DNA of 45,071 nucleotides from Alphaproteobacteria bacterium (GTDB lineage Bacteria; Pseudomonadota; Alphaproteobacteria; SHVZ01): NCBI GenBank assembly GCA_964201945.1, contig CAXNIC010000003.1, positions 1 to 45,071 of the forward strand, read 5' to 3'. Shown piece by piece: positions 31,419 to 41,602 of this stretch (position 1 is its first letter; each line of letters starts with the position of its first letter). The notes under the pieces were generated by a model. It saw only the letters and a program-made list of their open reading frames with translations, ran no database searches and was not told where the DNA came from. The position numbers and the translations under genes were made by a program.

Positions 31419-34400
31419 ATGACCGACGACCTCTTCGGCATGGACATCTTCCTTCCGCTCGCGAAGGTCGATCTCGATCAGCGGATCATCTGGGCCCGCG
31501 CCCTGGTCTCGCAGCCGGATCGCGCCAACGAGATCGCCGACTACCCGGCGTCGAAGGCGGCATTCCAGAAGTGGGCGGCCGAGACCTCGGCGGCCTCCAT
31601 GGGCAAGAGCCTGGGCAACGTCCGAGTCATGCACCAGCAGAAGGTCGGCGGGCGCGTCTTCGACATCAAGTACAACGACGACGCCGAGACGATCGACGTC
31701 GGCATCAACGTCGACGATGACCACACCTGGGGGCTCTGCAAGGTCGGGGCCTACACGGGCCTCTCGGTCGGCGGCAAGTACGCCAAGAAGTGGCAGGACC
31801 CGGTCAACCCGCGCCTGACCCGGTACGCGCCGGATCTGCGCGAGCTGTCCATCGTCGACCGGCCGTGCCAGCCCGGGGCCACCTTCACGATGCTGAAGGC
31901 GGACGGCACCGAGGTCGAGCAGGAGTTCGCCAAGGTCGGCGGCCCCGCTCTCTATGCCGACCTGATGAAGGCCGCCCGCGATGGTCGCGCTGGTCGTGAC
32001 GGCGACGGTGACGGCCGCGTGAACGAAGACGGCGACGACGCCCCCGACACCCGCACCAGGCGCGGCTATGTCGATCGCCGCCATGCGGACGAGGGCTACC
32101 GGGCCCAGACCACCCAGGTCATCCAGGAGCACCGCGGCGAGTTCGTCGGCGCTGCCTCGGCGGCGGCAATCGGCGGCGCGATCGGCGCGTCGGCGCCCTA
32201 CACCGTCGGCGGCGAGTCCGCGGTCGGCCGTGGGATCCGGCGGGGCATCGGTGCCGCAGGCGCCAAGGTTGGCGATGTCGGCGGCCGGATCTCGGCCATG
32301 ACGGTCAACGCGCTGCGCGCCGGAGTCCGCCGCGGCCTCCCGGGCAAGTGGAAGGCCAGGCTCAAGGATGTCAACGAGGCGGCTGTGGCTGCGACCGGCG
32401 CGCGCGCTGGCCGGGCAACGGCCGAAGGCGCGGTCAAGGCCTCGAACTGGGCCCAGGACAAGGTAGCCTCCCTGGCTACCCGGGCTCTCGGCTCCAGGGC
32501 CAAGGCTTCGGCGGTGCTCGGTGTCAAGGGCGCGCTCACCGCCGGTCTCGCGCTGGGGCCGGCTGGCGCCTGGGTCGGCCGCAACTTCTACGACACATGG
32601 TTCCCGCGGCGGGCCGAGAAGGCCGACGGCCCGACCAGCTTCGACGACCTGATGAAGCGGGACCTGCTGCCGGCCGAGCTGCTGCCCATGATGAAGGGCG
32701 GCTGGATCGACCATCAGTGGCCGCTGGCCAAGGGCGACGTCGAGGACGAGCTCGAGGACCTGGCCAAGAAGGACGGCCGGGCAGGGCGCGATGGCGATGG
32801 CGACGGCAAGCTCAACGAGAAGGGCGGCGAAGGCCATCTGCTGACCGAGGCCGAGGTACGCGACGCCAAGCTCCGCCGCGAGGCCGAGGCCGAGAACAAC
32901 CAGCCGGGCATCCAGGCGCGGCCGCCGAAGGCGACCCTCAAGGGTATGCGCAGCCCGCGCAACAACAAGCTGCAGCTCGGCCGGGCGATCGATCCCGGCA
33001 ACTACGTCAAGGCCCCGAAGAAGGGGTTCATCGACGCGCGCGAGCTGGCCGTGAAGTTCCCGCGGCACCTGACGCCGCCGACCGAGGACGAGATCAAGTC
33101 GATCGAGCGTGGGTCGGAGGTCAAGGTCGCGACCGGTGGCGAGCGCTTCTGGATCAAGGTCCACGGGGTCGAGAACGGCAAGATCTTCGGTGTCGTCGAC
33201 AACCACCTCTACCAGACCGGCGAGCATGAGCTGAAGTTCAAGGACCGGGTCACGGTCGAGCCCAGGCACATCTACGGCGTCTGGAACAAGCCGAAGAAGA
33301 AGGAGGCCACCCCGGTGACCAAGTTCGACGGCCCCTTCACCTACGGCGATCTGCTCAAGTTCGACGAGTCGAAGATCAAGCGCGACGAGAGCGGCCGTTT
33401 CACCTTCAAGAGCGGCGCGGCCGCAGTTGGCGGTGCTGCGGTCGCTGCCGGCGCTGCCGTCGGCGCCGTCACCTATATGACGACCTCCCGCCTCAAGGCG
33501 ATGGCCGCCGGCGTAAAGCCCGGCCCGAAGCCGAACCCGACGCCTGGCGCCACTGCGGCCGCCGGCACGCTCGCGGGCGACGCCAAGGCGATGCGGGGGA
33601 TTAGCCGGAAGGCCGGCAAGATCCCGGCGGCCTCCAGGCTCCGGGCCGTCCAGCGCGCTGCCATCAGGGGCGCCGAGGGCTTCCTAGCGCGCCGCGGCAA
33701 GCCGATGGTCGCTGGCCCGATTTCCTCGATCGCCACCGCCTCCAGGGCTAAGGGCGCCATTGGTCTCGCGCTCAAGGCAGGCAAGGCCGTCTTCAGCGCC
33801 ACCCCGCTGTCCACGAAGATCGTCGCCGGCATCGGCATCCTGTCGGCCGCCCAGCAGATCATCAGCCAGGGCCGGAAGCCGCACTTCAAGATCGACCCCG
33901 ACTCCGGCCAGTTCGGTCTCACCTACACGGACACGAAGGGCAATGAGCGCTGGGTGGTCGGCTACGATACCGGCGCCGATGACGCCATCCAGATGCCGGG
34001 CCAGCATGTCGATCGCCTGAAGGCCGGCGGCACCGTAGGCGGCAGCATCTCGCCGCTGCACCGGCTCAAGAGCGCCGCCGACGTGAAGACCGCCGTCAGG
34101 GCCCGGATCTCCGGAGGCGAATACGACAACCACCCCGACAGCAAGGCGCTGGACATCTCGGCCTTGCAGCACAACCCGTGGCTCTCGGCCGATGAGATCG
34201 GGGAGCACTCGGTCGCGATCGAGTTCGGGAAGAACCGCATCCCGCAGGCTCCGGACGAGATCTGGAGGCACTTCACCACCCAGACGCTGAAGCCGAGGCA
34301 GGGGAAGACCCTGGAGGACAAGGCGCGCGCCGAGGCCATGGCGACGCACCTGGTGACCGCCAAGATCGGCACCATGAAGTCGCCCTTCGACGACAAGAAG

Positions 34401-35381
34401 TTCTCCGAGGTCGCGCATCAGGCGGTCGAGGACTGGTGGACCGGCAAGCCGTCGAAGCTGCTCGGCACCCTGAACAACAACCAGGGCGGCGGAGGTCACA
34501 ATTCCCATCGCGGCGACCCGGCTTGGGGTGGCCAGTTCCACAACTGGCTGAAGGCCAACGGCCACCCGACCGGCGCGGACTTCAACCTCAAGGACAAGCA
34601 GTTCAGGAACCAGCTGAAGGACAAGTTCGACAGCCAGGTCTGGAATCGCAACGTCAAGAAGTCCGACGGCGCGCTCGAGCTGGCGAAGGCGGCGATCGCC
34701 GGCGCCATGCCGCTCCTCAAGTGGGACGAGTCCGAGCACCTGCGCGACGAAGACGGCCGGTTCAAGGACAAAGGCGGCAGCACGCTCGACCGCTTCAAGC
34801 GGATCCGCGAGGCAAAGACCCTCGAGGAGAAGAACGCCGAGGTCGAGCACCTGCCGATGAAGGACCGGGTCGCAACCGCAACGGTCGCGGCGGTCCCGCT
34901 CTTCGCGGGCCTCGGCGTGTCGATGACCGATCGGGCCCCGCGCGCCATCTACGCGGCCGGCGCTAAGGCGATCCAGGGCGCTGCCGGTGCCCTCAAGGGC
35001 GCTGGTCGCGGCGCTGCACCGAAGATGGCGTCGCCTGACAGCAAGGGTGCGCTCGTCCCGGTCGGGCCTCGGATCGACCACCAGTATGGCATCAAGGCCA
35101 GGATCTCCCGGAAGATCCAGGATGCGCAGATCTCGGCGAGGTCGAGCCTGCGGAAGATCCCGCGGGTCGGTAGCGTCATCGAAGGCGCGGTGTCCGGCGC
35201 CATCGATGGCGTGCGCACGCCGATCAACACGCGGACGCGCCGCCCCAACCCCATCGGGGCCTTGGCCGCAGTCGCTGCTCCCGTCGCTGCTGGCTTCTAC
35301 CTCGCCACCGGTGCCCGTCAGCTCTACACCGCGCACCGCATCAAGCAGCTCGAGCGCCAGGAAGCCAAGGCCTCCTCGTGA
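31419..35381 (+). CDS. Prohead protease fused to a ~1140-aa multi-module extension
   Basis: N-term VRVMHQ, YTGLSVGG, ELSIVDRPCQPGA (HK97-like protease); internal DUF2314-like GERFW..V....G.VDN motif. Confidence 0.8.
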   Translation: MTDDLFGMDIFLPLAKVDLDQRIIWARALVSQPDRANEIADYPASKAAFQKWAAETSAASMGKSLGNVRVMHQQKVGGRVFDIKYNDDAETIDVGINVDDDHTWGLCKVGAYTGLSVGGKYAKKWQDPVNPRLTRYAPDLRELSIVDRPCQPGATFTMLKADGTEVEQEFAKVGGPALYADLMKAARDGRAGRDGDGDGRVNEDGDDAPDTRTRRGYVDRRHADEGYRAQTTQVIQEHRGEFVGAASAAAIGGAIGASAPYTVGGESAVGRGIRRGIGAAGAKVGDVGGRISAMTVNALRAGVRRGLPGKWKARLKDVNEAAVAATGARAGRATAEGAVKASNWAQDKVASLATRALGSRAKASAVLGVKGALTAGLALGPAGAWVGRNFYDTWFPRRAEKADGPTSFDDLMKRDLLPAELLPMMKGGWIDHQWPLAKGDVEDELEDLAKKDGRAGRDGDGDGKLNEKGGEGHLLTEAEVRDAKLRREAEAENNQPGIQARPPKATLKGMRSPRNNKLQLGRAIDPGNYVKAPKKGFIDARELAVKFPRHLTPPTEDEIKSIERGSEVKVATGGERFWIKVHGVENGKIFGVVDNHLYQTGEHELKFKDRVTVEPRHIYGVWNKPKKKEATPVTKFDGPFTYGDLLKFDESKIKRDESGRFTFKSGAAAVGGAAVAAGAAVGAVTYMTTSRLKAMAAGVKPGPKPNPTPGATAAAGTLAGDAKAMRGISRKAGKIPAASRLRAVQRAAIRGAEGFLARRGKPMVAGPISSIATASRAKGAIGLALKAGKAVFSATPLSTKIVAGIGILSAAQQIISQGRKPHFKIDPDSGQFGLTYTDTKGNERWVVGYDTGADDAIQMPGQHVDRLKAGGTVGGSISPLHRLKSAADVKTAVRARISGGEYDNHPDSKALDISALQHNPWLSADEIGEHSVAIEFGKNRIPQAPDEIWRHFTTQTLKPRQGKTLEDKARAEAMATHLVTAKIGTMKSPFDDKKFSEVAHQAVEDWWTGKPSKLLGTLNNNQGGGGHNSHRGDPAWGGQFHNWLKANGHPTGADFNLKDKQFRNQLKDKFDSQVWNRNVKKSDGALELAKAAIAGAMPLLKWDESEHLRDEDGRFKDKGGSTLDRFKRIREAKTLEEKNAEVEHLPMKDRVATATVAAVPLFAGLGVSMTDRAPRAIYAAGAKAIQGAAGALKGAGRGAAPKMASPDSKGALVPVGPRIDHQYGIKARISRKIQDAQISARSSLRKIPRVGSVIEGAVSGAIDGVRTPINTRTRRPNPIGALAAVAAPVAAGFYLATGARQLYTAHRIKQLERQEAKASS

Positions 35382-36826
35382 TCGACACCGGCACCGGGCT
35401 CGTCGCCTACGACCTGCAGGGTCAATCGAAGACCGATCGATCCTTGTCCGCACTGGCAAGGAAGCGGGTGCTCAACATCCCCGCACTGCTCCGGCTGCTG
35501 CAGCTGCCGGCCAGCCACGGCGTCGCCAAGAGCGACGTCCCCTCCACGCAACTTGGGAGCCATCGCATGACCACCTTTGAAGAGATGCTGGAGGGGCTCA
35601 AGAAGAGCGTCGTCAGCATCGTCGCCATCCCGGACGAGACCGAGCGTCTCGCCAAGATGGATGAGACGTTCAAGCAGTTCGGCGCCCACCTCGACGAGGT
35701 CGTGGGCGATGTCGCGCACGAGTCCTTCTCGGCCGGTGTCGTCGGCGACTTCGCCAAGATGGACGGCAGCCAGGGCGAAGAGACGCTCGCCAAGAGCATG
35801 TCGCGGATTGCCACCATGGCGTCGGCGCTGCGCGGGCTCGAGAACGCTGTCAACAACCTGCCCTTCGACGATCGCGAGCCGCTGCCCCCCGAGGTCCAGG
35901 AGGCGCTGGTCGCGCTGCTGGCCTTCGGCGCCAACGTCCTCAAGATCATGGTCGACATCGAAGCCGGCGCCGTCGCCGACGAGATGGATGCCGGCGAGGG
36001 CGGCGTCGAGAAGAGCGTCAGCGCCGAGGACCTGAAGAAGTTCGAAGAGGACAAGGCCGCCCGGGTCGAGGAGACCCGGCTCGAGCTGCAGAAGGGCGCC
36101 GAGCGCCTCCAGCAGATCATCGAGACCCACGGCGCGAAGCTGGCCAAGGCCGCCGAGATGCCGGCCGAGGGCCAGGCCCCGCCGCCTCCGGAAGAGTCCG
36201 ACCCGATCGAGACCATCGCCAAGCTGCTGACCGCGGCCCTGATGGTCGTCGACCACATGATGGGCGGTGGCGAGGAAGAGCAGGCTGCCGCGATCGGTGC
36301 CGATGCTCCCCCGCCGCCCCCTCCGGCTGAGGGCCAGGCCCCGCCGGCGAAGGCCCCCGATGCTCCCCCGCCGACCGAGGCGAAGGACGCCCCGCCGGCC
36401 AAGGAGGGAGACGCTCCTCCGCCCGCGACCGCGGCCGAGGATCCGGAGAAGAAGAAGGAGAACCCGTTCGCCAAGGCTGACGGCGCCGGGGGCGACCTGC
36501 AGAAGGCCGTCACCGCCGCCGTCGAGAAGGTCCAGACCGAGGCTGCCGCCGAGCTCAAGAAGCGCGACGACAAGCTCGACGCGATGACCCAGACCCTCGC
36601 GACGATGAGCGAGACGCTGGCGAAGATGGGTGCTCAGCCCGCAGCGGCCAAGGGTTCCGTCACCGCCATCCCGACCAAGGAAGGCGACGACAAGATGGCC
36701 AAGGGCGACGGCAAGCTCCAGGAGCTCAGCGCAGAGCAGATGGAGAAGATGGACCCAGCCGCCCGTGCCCTCCACTCGATCAAGGTCGCGCACCAGACCC
36801 CGGTGGCGATCGGCCCGCTCGGCTAA
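35378..36826 (+). CDS. Probable capsid scaffolding protein (alternative start 35567)
   Basis: Acidic, helical and Pro/Ala-rich; lies between protease and capsid genes. Confidence 0.6.
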   Translation: MIDTGTGLVAYDLQGQSKTDRSLSALARKRVLNIPALLRLLQLPASHGVAKSDVPSTQLGSHRMTTFEEMLEGLKKSVVSIVAIPDETERLAKMDETFKQFGAHLDEVVGDVAHESFSAGVVGDFAKMDGSQGEETLAKSMSRIATMASALRGLENAVNNLPFDDREPLPPEVQEALVALLAFGANVLKIMVDIEAGAVADEMDAGEGGVEKSVSAEDLKKFEEDKAARVEETRLELQKGAERLQQIIETHGAKLAKAAEMPAEGQAPPPPEESDPIETIAKLLTAALMVVDHMMGGGEEEQAAAIGADAPPPPPPAEGQAPPAKAPDAPPPTEAKDAPPAKEGDAPPPATAAEDPEKKKENPFAKADGAGGDLQKAVTAAVEKVQTEAAAELKKRDDKLDAMTQTLATMSETLAKMGAQPAAAKGSVTAIPTKEGDDKMAKGDGKLQELSAEQMEKMDPAARALHSIKVAHQTPVAIGPLG

Positions 36827-37023
36827 GACCAGTTCCCGAGGCCTGCGGACCGCGGGCCTCTCCACCAGACCATCGACCAACCGACACCCGGTGTGATTGC
36901 CCGCACCGGGTCACCTCGTCGTGCGCCGCTTGGGCAACGGTATCACCAGCAGCGCCGTAAGGCGCGGCCCACCCCCGAAACGCCGTGAAGGCGTCTCACC
37001 CCAATAAGATGGAGTTTTCCACC

Positions 37024-38505
37024 ATGAGTCTGACTCAGGCGACTCTCGACCTGGTGAAGTCGGCGCAGAGCGCGCCCGACCAGAACCTGGCGAAGTCCAT
37101 CTCGACGGCGACCGGCCTGGTCGCATACGACCTCCAGGCGCCGGCGAAGAACCTCTACCCCGTCAACACGCCGATCCGGAACATCATCCCGCGCATCGGC
37201 GGCGGCATCGGCACGGCGACCAACTGGCGCGTTGTGCAGCAGATCATCGGCTCGGGCTTCGACGCCATGGGCTGGGTGAAGGAAGGCCAGCGTTCTGGGC
37301 GCATGTCGTACCAGACGGCCAACAAGTCCGCCTCGTTCGTCACGCTCGGCGAGGAGGACTCGATCACCCACGAGGCGATCAACGCCGGTCTCTCCTTCGA
37401 AGACCTGCGCGCCACGATGGTGCTCCGCCTCCTGCAGAAGATGATGCTGAAGGAGGAGTCCGCTCTCCTCGGCGGCAACGCGTCGGTGGCTCTCGGCACT
37501 CCGGTCACCCCGACGCTGTCGGCGGCCGGCTCGGGCGCGACGCTCCCGACCGCGACCTACTCGGTCTCGGTCGTGGCGCTCACCTACGAGGGCCACAAGA
37601 ACTCGTCGGTCGCGGCGGGCGTTGCCACCCAGCAGGTCATCACCGGCGCTGACGGCAACAACTACACCCTGTCGGGCGGCTCCTCGAACAAGTCGGCGGC
37701 CGCCACCCAGGCGATCACCCTCGGCCAGGTCCTCTCGGTCTCGACCACCGCGGTCAACGGTGCCGTCGCCTACGCTTGGTACGTCGGCCTCGCCGGCGCC
37801 GAGAAGCTCGAGAAGATCACGACGATCAACAGCGCCACCTTCACCGCGGCCCTCGCAGGCACCGGTCAGGCGCTGTCGTCGATCACCGCCGACAACTCGA
37901 CCAACACCCTGGCCTACGACGGCCTCCTGAGCGCGGCGTTCGCTCCGAGCTCGGGCGCCTACGTCCGCGCGCTGGCGACCGGCACGCCCGGCACCGGCAC
38001 CGTGCTGACCAGCTCGGGCAAGGGCTCGGTGGTCGAGATCGACACGATGCTCCAGTCGATGTGGGACAACTACCAGGTGTCGCCGGACCAGCTGTGGGTC
38101 AACAGCCAGGAGCTGAAGAACATCACCTCCAAGGTCCTGAACGGCTCGTCCGCTCCGCTGCTCCGCTTCAACACCAGCGGCAGCGACCCCTACGCCTTCG
38201 TCGCGAACGGCGTGGTCGAGTGGTACTTCAACCCGTTCCACGCGAACGGCGGCGTCAAGATGCCGATCAAGATCCACCCGATGGTGCCCGCGGGCACGAT
38301 CATCGGCTGGTCCGGCAACCTGCCCGTCCAGTACCAGAACAGCAACGTGCCCAACGTGGCTGAGCTGCGCGTCCGGAAGGAGTACCACCAGATCGACTGG
38401 CCGCTCCGGACCCGCATGCAGGAGGTCGGCGTCTACCTCGAGGCCGTCCTCGCCGTCTACTTCCCGGCGGCCATGGGCATCCTGACCAACGTCGCCGACG
38501 GCTAA
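37024..38505 (+). CDS. Major capsid protein
   Basis: Position; TGLVAYDLQAPAKNLYPV.TP.RN.IPR; ends EAVLAVYFP.AMGILTNV; GGAG SD. Confidence 0.85.
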   Translation: MSLTQATLDLVKSAQSAPDQNLAKSISTATGLVAYDLQAPAKNLYPVNTPIRNIIPRIGGGIGTATNWRVVQQIIGSGFDAMGWVKEGQRSGRMSYQTANKSASFVTLGEEDSITHEAINAGLSFEDLRATMVLRLLQKMMLKEESALLGGNASVALGTPVTPTLSAAGSGATLPTATYSVSVVALTYEGHKNSSVAAGVATQQVITGADGNNYTLSGGSSNKSAAATQAITLGQVLSVSTTAVNGAVAYAWYVGLAGAEKLEKITTINSATFTAALAGTGQALSSITADNSTNTLAYDGLLSAAFAPSSGAYVRALATGTPGTGTVLTSSGKGSVVEIDTMLQSMWDNYQVSPDQLWVNSQELKNITSKVLNGSSAPLLRFNTSGSDPYAFVANGVVEWYFNPFHANGGVKMPIKIHPMVPAGTIIGWSGNLPVQYQNSNVPNVAELRVRKEYHQIDWPLRTRMQEVGVYLEAVLAVYFPAAMGILTNVADG

Positions 38506-38531
38506 GCCGAAAGCGTCGGAATAACCGAGTC

Positions 38532-38559
38532 CCGGCCGGCAGAAATGCCGGCCGGTTTT
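38532..38559 (+). terminator. Intrinsic terminator after the capsid gene
   Basis: CCGGCCGGCA-GAAA-TGCCGGCCGG-TTTT. Confidence 0.7.
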
Positions 38560-38609
38560 CGGGATACCGCCTCGTCGTTATTCCCGGCCACCTTTCGAAG
38601 GATCCGACC

Positions 38610-39242
38610 ATGAAGTTCTTCACCAAGCTGGAGGGGCTGTCCCTCTCCGTCCGCGGCGTCCCCTTCTCTGCCGACAAGAAGGGCGCGATCGTGATCCCCG
38701 ACGACTTCGGGATCACCCCCCAGGAAATTGCCCAGGTCATGGCCCATGGCTGCACGCTCGAGCCGGTTGTCGCCGCGCTCGCGGAAGCCAAGCCCGAGAA
38801 GCTCGAGATCGAAGTCCAGCGCGCCGTCGACGAGGCGCTGAACAAGGCGGCCCGCACCTTCACCGCCCGCCAGAAGGAGTTCGAGGAGAAGCGCGAGAGC
38901 GAGGTCAACGAGGCGGTCGCCAAGGCCCGCGACGAGATGGCCAGCACGCTGCAGCTGGCGGCCGACGAGGTTGCCAAGCGCGACACCGCCATCACCGATC
39001 TGCAGAAGGCGGGCGAGGAGAAGGACGCCACCATCGCCGAGCAGCTCAAGGAGCTGGAGGCGAGGCAGGCGACCATCACCATGCTCGACGGCAAGGTCAC
39101 CGAGCTGACCATCCGGCTCGACGGCGTGACTCTCACGGGCAGCGCCGGCGGCTCCGGCGGTACCCAGGGCACGGGAGGAGCGGGTGCTCCCGGCGGAACT
39201 TCCTCCGGCGCCGGCAGCAAGCCCCCCACCGGCAAGAAGTAG
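38610..39242 (+). CDS. Hypothetical coiled-coil protein
   Basis: Heptad-rich middle, Gly-rich tail. Confidence 0.75.
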   Translation: MKFFTKLEGLSLSVRGVPFSADKKGAIVIPDDFGITPQEIAQVMAHGCTLEPVVAALAEAKPEKLEIEVQRAVDEALNKAARTFTARQKEFEEKRESEVNEAVAKARDEMASTLQLAADEVAKRDTAITDLQKAGEEKDATIAEQLKELEARQATITMLDGKVTELTIRLDGVTLTGSAGGSGGTQGTGGAGAPGGTSSGAGSKPPTGKK

Positions 39243-39275
39243 TCGCTGATCGGTAGCTGATCGCGGGGTATCGCC

Positions 39276-39857
39276 ATGGCGATCGTCGACTTCGTCACGC
39301 TGGCCGAGTCCAAGGCCTGGCTCCGGATCACCACCAGCACCGACGACACGCTCATCACCCGGCTCAACGCGGCCGCCAGCCAGGCGATCCGCAATGAGCT
39401 GGGGTATGAGCCGACGACCCAGACCTACACGGCCGAGCTCTACAACGGGCATGGCGGCATCGCCCTGATGCCTCGTCAGTCGCCGGTCACCGCGGTCTCG
39501 GCGCTCACCATCGACGGGATCTCGGTCCCGGCCGCGGCGTCGGTCACGGGATCCGGCTACCGCTTCAGCGCCAGCAAGATCAGCCTCAACGGGTATGCCT
39601 TCAACCGCGGCCAGGACAACGTCTCGCTCAGCTACACCGCGGGCCTCGCCGGCGGCGACCCGAAGCTGTCGGTGATCGTCCATGCCTGCCTCGTGGCGGT
39701 TCAGGCGTTCTACACCTCGCAGGACGTCGACCCGAACCTCGCCGGCGAGAGCGTGCCTGGCGTCTACAGCGCGCAGTATGCCCAGGGCGGCGCCGGCAAG
39801 CTGCCGGGCCCGGTCCTGGCGCTCCTCGCTCCCTACAAGCGGCGCGCGCCGCTGTGA
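39276..39857 (+). CDS. Head-tail connector (gp6-like)
   Basis: TLAESKAWLRI...DD.LI..L..AAS; YTAG; LL.PY.R. Confidence 0.8.
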   Translation: MAIVDFVTLAESKAWLRITTSTDDTLITRLNAAASQAIRNELGYEPTTQTYTAELYNGHGGIALMPRQSPVTAVSALTIDGISVPAAASVTGSGYRFSASKISLNGYAFNRGQDNVSLSYTAGLAGGDPKLSVIVHACLVAVQAFYTSQDVDPNLAGESVPGVYSAQYAQGGAGKLPGPVLALLAPYKRRAPL

Positions 39858-40447
39858 GCCTCGACACCAGGATCCAGGCGCGGGTCGCCGCCCTGGTGAA
39901 GCGCGTCGGCAAGCTGATCACCTACCGCCGGGTCACCAGGTCGGCTGGCCCGAACCCAGAAGAGAACCCGGCCTCGGCCTCGGCGCTCCTGGTCGTCGGC
40001 CTGACCGCGATCGGCGCCGGCACCATCAGCCTGGACGCCGCTTCCGTCACCGGTCAGCTCATCGCCGGCGACACCTTCGTCGTCGCGGGCAACGCCCAGG
40101 TCTACACCGTCACCGGCGGCCCGCACGTGGCCGTCGCCAACGCCTTCGCCGGCGTCACCTTCACCCCGGTCCTGGTAGCGGCCGCGGCCGACAATGCCGC
40201 CGTCACCGTCACCTGGTCGGGCGAGACCACCCTCTACGCCAGGATCTCCGGCTTCCCGCTGCGCATGATCGACGGCGAGATGATCCGGGCAGAAGACCTG
40301 CAGGTGATCATCCCCAAGGTCACGCTCCCGGTGACCCCGAACACCGGCGACCTGCTGCTGATCGACGGCCAGACCCGCCTCATCGTCGCGGCCTCGCCCG
40401 CCTACGTGGCGACCGAACCCGGCATGTGGTCTCTGCAGGCGAGGTGA
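39854..40447 (+). CDS. Probable head-closure protein
   Basis: Position; IDG..IR..D, P..GD...IDG, W.LQ.R. Confidence 0.6.
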   Translation: MSLDTRIQARVAALVKRVGKLITYRRVTRSAGPNPEENPASASALLVVGLTAIGAGTISLDAASVTGQLIAGDTFVVAGNAQVYTVTGGPHVAVANAFAGVTFTPVLVAAAADNAAVTVTWSGETTLYARISGFPLRMIDGEMIRAEDLQVIIPKVTLPVTPNTGDLLLIDGQTRLIVAASPAYVATEPGMWSLQAR

Positions 40448-40450
40448 GCC

Positions 40451-40864
40451 ATGCCCATCGCCTTCGATGTCTCCATCGCCGAATGGGTCAAGAAGGCCAA
40501 GGAGAACGCGGACGTCGCCTTCCGCGGGACCGCTGAGGGCGCCGTCGGCCGGGTGAAGGAGCTGACGCCCGTCCGGACCGGCTACCTCCGGGCCAACTGG
40601 AGCGCGGTGCTGGACGGCCAGCAGGTTCCGGTCGAGGGCGCCGCCAATGCCACCACCGCGGCGATCGCGGAGGCCAAGGTCGGCGATCGCATCGTCATCG
40701 TGAACCCGGTCAAGTACGCGCCGCGCATCGAGTTCGGCTTCGCCGGCGAGGACAAGAACGGCCGGTCGATCCACACCGAAGGCCGGCACATGGTCCAGCA
40801 GACCGTCACCGAGATCCCGGCGATCGCCGAGCAGGTCGTCCGCGATCTGCAGGGAAAGCGCTGA
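40451..40864 (+). CDS. HK97 gp10-like tail completion protein
   Basis: TPVRTGYLRANW and N...YA..IEFG. Confidence 0.8.
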   Translation: MPIAFDVSIAEWVKKAKENADVAFRGTAEGAVGRVKELTPVRTGYLRANWSAVLDGQQVPVEGAANATTAAIAEAKVGDRIVIVNPVKYAPRIEFGFAGEDKNGRSIHTEGRHMVQQTVTEIPAIAEQVVRDLQGKR

Positions 40865-40891
40865 CCACGCACCGACCAGGAGAGACCGACC

Positions 40892-41182
40892 ATGACCTTT
40901 GGCACCCAGGCGCCAGGCGTCCCGCTGTTCACCGTCCACGACATGGGCGTCAAGCTGGCCTACGTGCCGCGGATGCCGGGCCCGGGCGAGTGGACCGTGC
41001 GCCTCATCGAGAGCAGGCCCGTGGTTGTGTTCGGCGGCGCCCCCGCCGGCCATCTGTCGGCGAAGTTCGACACGACATTCGCTGGCGTCATCGATGTTCC
41101 CCTGCCGCAGCTGAAGCTGCACGACGGGCTCTGGATCAGCGCCCCGCCGGGGATCCCGGCGCCGCAGTCGGCTGCCGCGTAA
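40892..41182 (+). CDS. Hypothetical protein
   Basis: AGGAG SD, 96 aa. Confidence 0.65.
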   Translation: MTFGTQAPGVPLFTVHDMGVKLAYVPRMPGPGEWTVRLIESRPVVVFGGAPAGHLSAKFDTTFAGVIDVPLPQLKLHDGLWISAPPGIPAPQSAAA

Positions 41183-41188
41183 CCGTCC

Positions 41189-41602
41189 ATGACCCAGGCG
41201 TCCATCCAGGTCGCGCTCGACGCCAGGCTGGCGACGCTGACCGGCTTCGCCGACGCAGCGACCGCCTGGCCGAACAAGCCGTTCTCGCCCGTCCCGGGCA
41301 CCGCCTACCTGGCGCCGACCACCACGGTCAACCAGCGCCCGGGCGGCGCCGGCGTCGCCGGCTTCGTCTACTGGGAGGGCGTCTACCGGATCGTCGCCTC
41401 GTTCCCGTCGGCGAAGGGCACGGCAGCGCTGCTGGCCCGGCTCGACGCCATCCGGACCCACTTCAAGCGCGGCACGACGCTGACCACCAGCGACAACTGG
41501 AGCCTGATCTTCGAGGTCCCGCGCTCGGGCGTCATCGGCCGCGACGGCGACTGGTTCAAGGGCTTCGTCGACTGCCCGTTCTTCGGGACCGAGACGCCAT
41601 GA
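41189..41602 (+). CDS. Tail terminator-like protein
   Basis: AWPN..F.P....YL; G.Y.I....P...G; F.RGT.L. Confidence 0.72.
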   Translation: MTQASIQVALDARLATLTGFADAATAWPNKPFSPVPGTAYLAPTTTVNQRPGGAGVAGFVYWEGVYRIVASFPSAKGTAALLARLDAIRTHFKRGTTLTTSDNWSLIFEVPRSGVIGRDGDWFKGFVDCPFFGTETP

